64,000 nucleotides of DNA from Vicugna vicugna. Taxonomy: Eukaryota. Of the stretch, positions 26,460 through 36,679 are shown one piece after another (the stretch's first letter is position 1; each line of letters opens with the position of its first letter). The stretch is taken from assembly GCA_013265495.1 (NCBI GenBank), contig MU058000.1:496001-560000 (forward strand). Direction: 5' to 3'. Below the pieces are notes generated by a model. That model was not told the DNA's origin. It was given only the letters and a program-made list of their open reading frames with translations, and did not search any database. The position numbers and the translations under genes were made by a program.

Positions 26460-26830
26460 CTTACCTATTGTTCACTATGTGCCAAACATTGTTCTAAGTG
26501 CTTCTGATAATAAGTTGTCAGATCTTCATAGCAACCTTATGACGTATTATCATCTATATTTTATGCTTCGCAGAACAGCAGTTGAGTGTACTCAAGAATC
26601 TGATGTCTTTTTGCCTGTAATTGAAACGCTGCCCTCCTACTGAACAGCTGTGTGGCTTTTAGCAAGCCATCTAACCTTTTCTATCTCAGATCATCGTCTA
26701 GAATGGGGATAATAATATTACCTAACTCACAGGGCTGTTGTGATGATGTAATCATAAATGTAATGCACTTTCATAGTGCCTGGCATGTTTTAGGTGTAAA
26801 CATAAACACCTAAAACATAGGTGTTTATTG
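26460..26830. mobile_element. Two MIR fragments in opposite orientations
   Basis: ctatgtgccaaacattgttctaagtgctt; atggggataataatattacctaactcacagggctgttgtga. Confidence 0.7.
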
Positions 26831-26847
26831 TTTTCAATTTAGACCCT

Positions 26848-27177
26848 TGTTGTTTTAGTCCGGGTTCTCCAGAGAAACAGAATAGATAGAAATAAAAGCA
26901 GACAGAGAGACAAGGATTTTTTGCAGTAAGGAACTGGGTTACAGGATAGTGGAGGCTGAGAGGTCTAAAATCTGCACTCGGAAAGCTGGAAACACCAGAG
27001 AGCTGATGGTATATTTCCAGTCTGAGTCCAAAGGCCTGAGAATCAGGAGAGCCTCTGTGTAAGTTCCAGTTAAGTCTAAGTCCAGTTCCAACGGCAGGAG
27101 AAGACCAAGGTTCCAGCTTGAAGACAGGCAGAGAAAGAATTCTTTCTTATACAACCTTTTATTCTATTCAAGCCTTT
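26848..27177 (-). mobile_element. ERVL LTR (MLT2-like), truncated
   Basis: tagtccgggttctccagagaaacagaa; tccagtctgagtccaaaggcctgagaatcaggagagcc. Confidence 0.85.
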
Positions 27178-27422
27178 TGTTATGTCGAACAAACGAAACC
27201 AGACAGAAAAGAGTGGCTAATGTGTGATAACATTTATGCAATGTTAACAAGAGAGCAATCTGTGGTGACTGAAGTCAGAATAGCGGTCATCTTCTGAGAA
27301 GGATGGGGTTACAATTGGAAAGGGGCACAGGGAACTTCCTTGGATGATGGAACTGATCCCAGTCCTTGTCACATGGATATATGTGTACAGATATGTAAAG
27401 TATAAGTATATTTATATGTACT

Positions 27423-28705
27423 TGATAAAATAAAAATTCATATTTTAAGATAAGAACATTTGAACATAAAATTTTTCTTTGCCCTTGGGCCTCCTCCCTT
27501 CCCTCTAGTGTGCGTTGCACATCTGCATTACGTGCTAACCAGACCTCCTCAGTGGCAGAAATACCTGCTAGACCATGATGGTCAATAGTCTCCTTTTGGC
27601 ACCAGCCACGTAGTTCTTTAGGAGGTAACATTCCTTCCTCAACACAAGGGGTCACAGTGACCCACAACTCTCCTGTCCGTGTAGACATCTTTGGTGAATT
27701 TATGTGCAGTACCAGTATATCATTTCCCTTAAAGATAATGATCGGTGTAGAACAGACTGGCCACCCAACCTGGAAGAGACTGGGATGCACCTAATGGAAG
27801 CTTAAATACTTAACTTAGGACTTACTAATGTTACTAGCTATATTACTTATATTCTGCCAATTTTACAACATTATCGTTTCTTGCATTACCAAATGTCTGG
27901 CTGAGCCTCAGATAAAATTAATGATAAGGTCACTTGAAACCATTGATTAAATATATGATTGTATAAGATCAATGATTGTGATAGTGTAACTAGGGAAGAA
28001 GCAACAAGAGGGAACCCTGTCCTGGACCGTAACAGACTAGTAAGACAGGCCGTCCAGAGGCTTTTGCCTCCTGTCATCAGGGCCAGGTCCAGTGAGCAGC
28101 TCGCTGAGTGGCCTATCAATGAAATCCTCACCTGACCTGGGAACGAGCATTCCTAGCATCGTGGGACAAACTGGTCACGAAATGCCTCCCAAAACTTAGT
28201 CGAAATTAAGACCAAAATGGAAGGGATTGCAAAATAAAGAATGTTGCCCACTATCCAGTTCTACAAGAACCAACTCATTAAGGCCTGCAGTCGCTGACCT
28301 ACAGTGCACCTTGAAAGGAATTCAGGGCAAAGATCAGGATGAGGCACTCTGTGCTGCTCTGGGAAAACTGGCAGAGCAGACCTTCAGATAGTTGAGATAT
28401 TTTCAGGGGGAAATTTTTCACGAACCTGGATTCTTGCATCTTCTCATACTAAGAAAAGCACTGAAACCATTAACTAAGGTGTCTGTTCCTCATGACTAGC
28501 AGCAACCTTCTACTGAGATGTGTGTTTGATTGCATGTACGCCCTCCGCCAAAATCACATATGTGCCGGCCTCCCCCTTTACCTCTTTGGATCAGTTCTCC
28601 AAGATCTCTGAGAAACTGTCTCCCGGGTTTTCATCCTCAGATTGGCTTGAATAAAATTTTCCCTTTCTTTCTTAGATTGACTATTGATTAAATTTTTCAT
28701 TGTTT
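27423..28705 (+). mobile_element. Long ERV1-type LTR element inserted in an old L1 3' end
   Basis: Starts TG. LTR-like 3' part with ttgaataaaattttccc and ttgattaaatttttc. Candidate TSD tact (27419-27422 and 28706-28709). L1ME-like sequence on both flanks. 3' terminal CA not preserved. Confidence 0.65.
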
Positions 28706-29596
28706 TACTTATATACACTTATAAGTATATGAGGAGATATTTAAGATTTGTGCATCTTAAACTGGACATAAATTATACTTCACACTTGTGGGAAAAAATT
28801 GATACAAAAAGTATCTCAAATAAGGAAAAAAACCAAATTAAATATACGTATTTTTTAATCCAGCAACCTAAACCAAGCCTTGTGAATAGAATACTCTCTC
28901 CCAGATAGCATAAGCTGGACAGTTTTCATAAGTCAAAACTGTCAGGCCATTTGCTTGAGTTTCTAAGTCTCAGATCACAAAAATTAAAGTCCAAATGGAA
29001 ACTGTCCCAAATGGATGACTCACAGTTGCCTTTGGAATCCAGGCATTGCAGTTTCACACCTTGTGTTGTAAGCATCACCTGGTATTTTTGTTCTGTTTGT
29101 AAATAATTCAGCAGCAACACTGACTAAACTCCCACCCTACCACCAAAAACAGAAAGCACAACATAGTAGAGATTAAAATTTTTTATACTTAAAAATACAA
29201 TCGCTATATAAAGAGCCCCAAATATTTGACTGCATGATCCTTCTGGGTCTACATCCCTGATTTTAATCCCCATGCTTGTGCACTCTCTCACAACTCACCC
29301 CAGGGAGAAAAAAAAATGCACAATAGTAAAACAAATTCACCAATAAGAATTTCTTCTCACCAAAGTAAAAACAATGGGCAGATGATAAATGTTATATCAA
29401 TTTTGTCCAGTTTATCAGTCACAGCTTCATAATATATATGTATCTGGATCATTTGCACCATCCCTCTTTTTCTATTACCAGTGCTTTCTAGCACTTTTTT
29501 ATGGTCATGTTGACTAGTTCAGTGTTATACACTTGGCACATCTCAATGAAACACTGGTTGATTGATTGACATGAGGATTTAATATAAAGGGGTCCT

Positions 29597-29973
29597 CAGA
29601 GATCTACTGTACGACATAGTGCCTGTAGTTAACAATAATGTATTGTTCACTAAAAATTTGTTCAAGCAGGTTGATCCTGTTAAGTGTTCTTACCACATGT
29701 ACAAAAGAAAGAAAAAACAAATGAAAAGGGCGATACAAGGAAACTTCTGGAGATGCTAGATGTGTCTGTTCCCTCTAATGTGGTTTCATGGGTGCATGAA
29801 ACCTGTATGCATGCATTTGTCCAAACTCATCAAGATTGTATACATTAAATATGTACACTTTTGTATGTCAGTTACACCTCCACAAAGCTGTCAAAAATAA
29901 TATTCATGTAATTCTGAATAAAAGATACTCTTTCTTCTAAATTTCTTTTTAAATTAAAAAAATAAGTAAATAA
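29597..29973 (+). mobile_element. L1MA/MB-like 3' end with TSD aaagg(g/a)gtcct
   Basis: agatctactgtacgacatagtgcctgtagttaacaataatgtattg...taagtgttcttaccac; duplicated flank. Confidence 0.8.
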
Positions 29974-32207
29974 AAAGGAGTCCTTGAAATACCGACTACG
30001 ATATTAAACAAACAAGCTTGGTGCAGAATCACAAAATATTCTCAGCCTGATTGTCAAGAGATCAAAAATATGACACATCCTTGGGAAATCTGATGTTTCT
30101 GGACCGCACAAGCTTAGCCATGGCGAAGGAGATCAGCAGGGATTCTCAGCTCAGGAGGGTCAGTCTGGCTCATCTACTCAGACTTCACATTCTTTATCAA
30201 GTAGGGGCTGAAGTGGGAAACCCGAAGCATTGATTAATTAAAACCCACACCCATGTGTACACCCCTCACACAGACGATGAAGGTATGATTCTGGAAACCT
30301 TGTAAAACACCGGATGTTGGAATGTTGATTGGATTTCCATGTTAAAATTTCAGTGAAACGAGCCTACCGTCATGCAAGATTACTGTGAAAAATTTAATTG
30401 CACAAACTGTTCCTTTTGGAACATGGTGAACTATCACTCTCTTTAGTAGCATTAACCAGATTTCCTTCCCCCATCGCTACTGGCAGGAACAAAAAAGACA
30501 GTACTTAAAACTGGATCCTGTTCGGCAAAATCTTCGAGTCCTTCAGTGGCATTTCACATGCATTTCTACTTCTGCATTATAGCTTCCAAATGCAGATATT
30601 TGAGAAATATAAACCTTGCTTTGGCAAAGCCCAAAGGAAACATTTGACTCTAAGTCATATTTTCACTAATCATTCTTGGTTAAATGAGTCTTAGAAAAAT
30701 AAATTAAATTGCATCATCAGCTTAAATATTTATTCTCTCTTGTAATTCCCATATCCTAAAGCCAACCTCTTTAACTATTAAATGTACATACTCGACTTAA
30801 GATATGAAACTATAGCTGTAAACTTTTTTCCCCTTTGAGTTATGTGTGATGCGTTAGTCACTAATAGTAAATACTGGTACTATTTGTATAAAGTAAATTT
30901 TCAGAGTTTTTTTTAAAATCATATTTTAGAGAGAATAATCATTGCCTTCTTATTTTGAACCATCAAAGGCAAACAAAACAAACAAAAGAGTCTTTTCAGT
31001 ACCTGGTGTATTTTCGTATGAAATAAACAGAACTTTGATGCTAATTCTTTGGACAATAGTGTAACAACTGGAAGCTTTGCCAACGTTTTTGTCAAAAGAA
31101 TATATTCTTAGATATGTATTTTTCTTTTTCACAAATGTATTCTGAAAGTAAAATATTTTGGCCAAATAATCAGTCTTTTCCTTTTCTCTCTCCCATCTGC
31201 TTTTAAAGCAGTCATCACAGTGTTACAAGATTCTTTGAATAAAAGTTCTGCTTTTGAAAATGTAGACAATGGAAAGAACATCCAGCTATTTGTCCCTAGG
31301 TGAGGGGACAAAAAAAGAGAAGCTTTTTGATGATAAACATTATCAGTTAGCTCCCGTTACAACATTACTGCCTAACGAAACAGCTGCGAAACCTCCTTAA
31401 GGGTTGAGGTTCATGCATTCGGGGGTCACCTAGGGGTCAGCAAGGCATCCACATAACTTACTCTCCAGAGTCCTCATCTTATAGCAAAACTATTGGGGAA
31501 AATGGGACACGGGCCCCGTAAATAGACATGGTATCTCCATTATGTAATCAGCTAGATGCTAGGGCCTAGCCAATGATTTTTGCTCTTTATTAATAAATAG
31601 GAAAATAGATGCTTTGGGAGGAAACCCTTCCTTCATGGCTTCATAATGTTAGTCAGGCTAATAACATTTTTAAAACTAAGGAAGAAATTGAAGGGAAAAA
31701 AGGTGAATTTTAGAGTGAAAAGACAATTTATAACAAAAGTTTAAAAAATGTATTTTTAGCTCATTAATGAGCTTATTTTTCCAGATTATGTACACATTAG
31801 TATGGATATTCCCAGGTAAAATGTACAGGCTGCTAAACTGAATTTGGCAATTTATATGCTCAGTTGCCATTCTGATCATTCAGTCAACATTATTGAAACC
31901 AATCTTCTGTCTCGGGCTGCATTATAATCATCATAATATTAACTAGGTTCGTTCAGTAGGTAGATCACTCATTTTCATTTCAGGTTAGGATTGCTGACAT
32001 TCCCCCCCTTCACTTTTGCTTAGGATTTATTGAGCATATTGTATTATTGGTAAGACAACCGTTCTGAGATACATAATCCTTATTGGTCTGTTCATGTGGG
32101 TGGCTTTCTTTGGTGAGAAATCTGGCTGAGAAGAACATCTTGTTTGTGGAATTAAGCAAAATGTTAGCATTTCAAATATTTTTTGTCCTTTAAAACACGT
32201 TCTGATG

Positions 32208-32878
32208 TGTAAGGGGAGGGAAAAAAGTCTTTTCTTTTAAACTCCTACAGGTTCTCAGCTAAGGCTCTGTAACTAAAGACAGATTAACAAGAGAAAAGTG
32301 TACAAATGTGTTTAATATAAGTTTTACATGACGTAGGAGCCTTTATGAAGAATTGAAGACTTGAAGAAGCAATTAAACCTGAGTGCTTCTGCAGGGAGGG
32401 TAGAGCTCAGTGGTAGAGCACATGCCCAGCATGCACAAGGTCCTGGGTTCAGTCCCCAGTACCTCCCTTAAAAAATAAAGTAATAAACTTAATTACCTCC
32501 CCCTCAAAATAAAAAAGTAAAAAATAATTTTAAAAAAAGTACCTGAGGATTTTTATCTAGGTTTAGTGAAGAGTAGAAAGTAGTGGGGAAATGTGATAGG
32601 ACAAAGGGGTATCAACTGATAATGAATGAGGGGAATCTTAGCAAGATCTGTTCATTCAGAATCTCCTCAGCATCCCTCTGTCTTCCAAGATAAGGATGCT
32701 CCTTTCTTCCGGATATAGGAAGGGCACCTCTCTCATGAGAGTCTCATGACTTGCTTCGGATGGTGAAAGAGGGTCAGAGAATCTTTCCTGCACCTGCTGC
32801 TTCTCCGTACCTCCAGTTTAAAATATTTATTATGCCAGTGCATCATGTTATGTGGTAGTTATGTCCTGAACTCCATCA
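32208..32878 (-). mobile_element. ERV1 solo LTR (MER34-like) carrying a SINE insertion
   Basis: TG...CA ends; agacagattaacaagagaaaag; ggtcagagaatctttcctgcacctgctg; tcctgaactccatca. Confidence 0.8.
32393..32540 (+). mobile_element. tRNA-Ala-derived SINE (vic-1-like, camelid)
   Basis: gggagggtagagctcagtggtagagcacatgcccagcatgcacaaggtcctgggttcagtccccagtacctcc. A and B boxes, ttaattacctcccc tail motif, A-rich tail, acctgag on both flanks. Confidence 0.9.
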
Positions 32879-33689
32879 GCTACAACTAACTCAGTAGTAG
32901 GAAAAAGATCTTTGTTCTAACTTTAAGTGTGTATGTGTTTACGTGTGTGAAAGAGAGAGACTCCAAGAAACATGTATTATGCGTTTCAGAAATGCATACA
33001 TTGGGAAAGGATATAAACATTATCTGACCCTTTAACCCAAAGGCTATTAAATTGCATTTAGGTGCTATTTCTGCTCAGAAACCATTGTTACTCTAATTTT
33101 CTTTTTACATAAATATAGGTCATTTACTTTTGAACACAGGATAAACCCCAAAATGTTTAGCCAGTGAAAGTTACAAAGCAGGTCCGCATTACCTACAAGT
33201 AGTGTGCACAATCTTTGATGAATATGCCCTCAAGATCCATGCCTTAGGACATACTTTATAAGTAAGACCACCTTTGAGCTTGAGAAGCACGGTCTTTTCA
33301 GGTGATACCCAACTAGTGTGTATCTTATCCTCTGTTTTCCTTTGGCATGGCCCAGTTTTACTGGGAGATTTTAGTTGAATGACTTATTATTCTTCTTTCA
33401 TTTTAATTTCAGAATCTTAGGTCTTGGCCAACAGGCTTCTAACCAATCCAATTAAGGGAGTGTAAATGGGAAACTTGTGAGGGAGGACAGGTAATTTATG
33501 GGACCTGAATTTCTGAAATCACATTAAGTCACACTGCACTTCCTGCTGAATCACCAAGGGTTGCAAAGGACTGACAGTCTACCCTACAGTCATTCACATC
33601 AGCTCCCTTACCCCCAAGTTAATAGGTCCTTTTATAAACTAATTTGGCTCTGCTGATGCTTTGATTAGACAAGTTACAGATATATTTCT

Positions 33690-34660
33690 TAACAGACAGA
33701 CATGATGCACTGGATAAAAGGAACGACCGTAAATATGTCTTAGTGAAGTGGTTGTAAGGTGGTGGGGAAGGGGAGTGTTCTGTAGTCCTGTGATTAGGTC
33801 TCAGTCCTTTAGTGAGCCTATGCCCTCAGACTGTGAGCTTCACAAAGACTTCTCAGTTTTTCTCTCTCACTAGATAGGACAGGATGGCTAGCATGAGCTG
33901 GAGTTGGGCCTTTCCCTTCCCCAGGCTGGTTAGGCTCCGGATGACCAGTTTCCCCTGAGGGCAGGTCTTGCTAAGAAGAACAGAGTGCTCTGATGTGCAG
34001 TTGACCCCTGAACAACATGGGCTTGAACTACATGGGTCTACATATACATGGATCTTTTTCAGTAATAAATACTGCAGTACTGCATGATCTGAGGTTGGCT
34101 GAATCTGTGGATGTGGGATTGCAGATACTGAGGACTGCCTGTAATGTTATACACAGATTTTCAACTCTGCAGGGGTCAGCACCCCAACCACCTTATTGTT
34201 CAAGGGGGTTGTATGGCCAGATGGTTTCTTTTCCTCTCCTTTTGTAAGAAGCACAAAAGGATTTTTTCCTGATACTTACTATTAGAGCCCGGTAGAACTC
34301 CTGGAGGTAAATCTCACAAAATTGTGGAGGTCCACTTGTGACTTGGTTCTACTGGAGTTTTCAACTGTCAGAATTGTCTGCACTACACCTCCAGCAATTT
34401 GTCGGTCACAGTTGAGGTTTCCCTACTCTGGCATTGGCTCCCCTTGTGGCTTCTGCTCATGAGTCTCTGCTCAGGGAAGCCAGGACTCCCTATGTTCACC
34501 TGTCTGTCTCTCCTGTCCTGGAGACAGTGGTTTGCCATATGTCTTCCCTTCTCCTACAGATCCGAGAAGAGTTGATTTTTCAGTCTGTCAGCTTTTCACT
34601 TATTGTTAGGTGGGAGGGGTGACTTTCAGGCTCCTGTCATGCAGAACCAGAAACCAGAAA
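33690..34660 (-). mobile_element. Old L1 5' region (L1M/L1MC-like), split by a Tigger MITE
   Basis: tagtcctgtgattaggtctcagtcctttagtgagcct; gatccgagaagagttgatttttcagtctg. Confidence 0.65.
33998..34211. mobile_element. TcMar-Tigger MITE (MER8-like)
   Basis: Terminal inverted repeats cagttgacccctgaacaa / ttgttcaagggggttg, followed by TA. Confidence 0.85.
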
Positions 34661-35292
34661 TTCTAAACATACTTCAATCACTGCAAACGTTAGTAGTTCA
34701 AAGAGTATATAGATTGAGGAAATAGATTACCAAGGAATAACCCTGCAGGCCTAGAAGTGAAAATACACAATTTTAGCCTAATCTTTTTTAAAAGGTAGTA
34801 AATGGATGATGTATAATTACCAATATTTAAATGGCAAAAACAGACCCACAGAGAAGATGACAAGCACGGTGAGGCACTGTCTTTTTGCAAAGTGAGTTAG
34901 GACAGTAGGTACACACTTTCCCATACAGAATTCTATTCAAGCAATTGCTCTAACAAAGTAAGGAAGTGAAAAATGGAGCGTCTAGGTGGAGAGACATACC
35001 GGAATGCATAAAGATGTCACATTGCATGTGAGGGAAAACAGTCTCAGCCTTCTGAAAAGTATCCAGAAGAGCAAACTGGAGGGAAAGCCAGAAACTTTAG
35101 GTTGAATATGCAACAAAGATGTCACAATCCTGAGATGAATTAACATCTTGTCAGTCATTTTATTTCCAAACTGTAGTTAAGTTGATGCTAAGATCAAGGT
35201 AATAGTTGATGAGGCCTTTGCTTAGACAAAAAGATTATAATCTTAGCACTATTTTTAATCTTTAAGATATATCAACTTCATCTCATCCTCTT

Positions 35293-35373
35293 TTTTTTTA
35301 ACATTTTTTATTGATTTATAATCATTTTACAATGTTGTGTCAAATTCCAGTGTTCAGCACAATTTTTCAGTCA
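35293..35373 (-). mobile_element. ~80-bp very young L1 3' tip with perfect 14-bp TSD catctcatcctctt
   Basis: TSD at 35279-35292 and 35374-35387. Sequence matches the 3' ends of the young L1s at ~18130 and ~41370. Confidence 0.92.
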
Positions 35374-35763
35374 CATCTCATCCTCTTGATAAATTCTTAA
35401 TACATACTGTGGTGGCATTCCAAGATATTTCCTCTGACGAATTCAGTAGTCCTGACAAGCTTATGAATATGTTATATTGCCTTTCCATTTACAAGCTGAA
35501 TATGATGTTGTACAGGCATACTGTTTTACTGCTAATTCAAAGACAAAGTTTGAAGATTTATTGTCTGCACTGAATCTCACTCTCAATTCTTGTTTCATTG
35601 GAGAAAAATTGTTTTTCATCAAGTGCTATTTTTGTTGATTAAGTGTGATAAAATACATTGTAAGGACTGTCATGCTTCTAATAGTGCATTCTGTATAATT
35701 AAGGTGGGTTACTAGAAAAGCCTAATGATTAAAGCTCTAATTATGTAACTGTTATTTTCATAG

Positions 35764-35835
35764 GAAATTTATAGAGACTCATCTGAAAACCATTCCCAGT
35801 CGTGCATTTTCAGATCTGCCCAATATTTCCAGGAT
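35764..35835 (+). CDS. TSHR: TSHR coding exon 2 (72 nt), LRR ectodomain: (L)KFIETHLKTIPSRAFSDLPNISR(I)
   Basis: Acceptor ttttcatag, donor gtaagt. Translation matches the mammalian TSHR segment (human [24 protein letters not shown]). Phase-2 boundaries. Confidence 0.98.
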
Positions 35836-36514
35836 GTAAGTTATTTTTTTTAATATAAAGAGAAGTTTGCAATTGTGACATGTTATTTTCTAAATGGGTT
35901 CTATCTAGAAAAATACTTGTTATATAATGTACTTGCCTAAGTCAATGATATCTATGTTTCCAAGATATATGAAGTTTACGTACAAGATGTTTACTTGATT
36001 TTGTTACATCTTCACTGCCTAATTCCTAAGTGGTTTTTTAAAACTAAAGTACAGAATTTAATTTTTAATAGTCTGAAGAATTTAATAATTCTCAATGCAT
36101 TTTGATACATCTTGGGATATGGCAAAACCTTAGCTGGAGTCTACCTCTAATCTGTCTCTCCTACTTACCAGTTCTTGATTCTCATTTCACCATCAGCACA
36201 GATGTTTACATTTTATCATAAAGGTAGCAAATATTTCAGACTTCTCACTTAAAAATAATTTAAAATAACTAAACTGTAGAAAACTGAGTTACTATATACT
36301 CAAGAGTGAGGAGAAAAAGGACTTCCATGTTGCATTGACAAAGAGAGTATCTGTGTATGCAATGAACCAGGTCTTCATTTAATGTAATTGATGCTGGGAA
36401 GCAAAGCAGATAATTCAGAAACACCAATGACAATACAACCAGGAGCTGCCTGTGTGGACTCCGGCTACATTTATTCAGTTTGTGACCATTTATTGAGTGT
36501 CTGTTGTGTCATTT

Positions 36515-36675
36515 CAGGGGCATTTAAGCTTTTTGGTTGTCACAGCTAGAGAGGGGGTGCTCCTGACATAAGGGGTAGAGGCAAAAGATATGCTAAACAT
36601 CTTACAAGGCATAGGATGCCCCCTGCCCAACACTCTAGTCCGAAATGTCAATAGTGCTGACACTGAGAAACCACC
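36515..36675. mobile_element. MER20-like hAT-Charlie fragment
   Basis: tttttggttgtcacagct...atgctaaacatcttacaa...aaatgtcaatagtgctgacactgagaaacc. Confidence 0.85.
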
Positions 36676-36679
36676 CCAG

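Larger units (their letters stand above)
1..35763 (+). other. TSHR: 3' part of TSHR intron 1
   Basis: Lies upstream of exon 2. No signal-peptide exon 1 (MRP...CSSPPCEC) or CpG island in the window. TSHR intron 1 is known to be very long. Confidence 0.9.

Noticed and set aside
27287..27790. 167-aa minus-strand ORF, the longest in the track
   Set aside because: Runs antisense across an LTR/L1 junction, with no recognisable domain or splice structure.
35405..35545. Exon-like stretch on the minus strand (ag...gtatgt)
   Set aside because: Stops in all three frames, no recognisable protein, and no partner exons.
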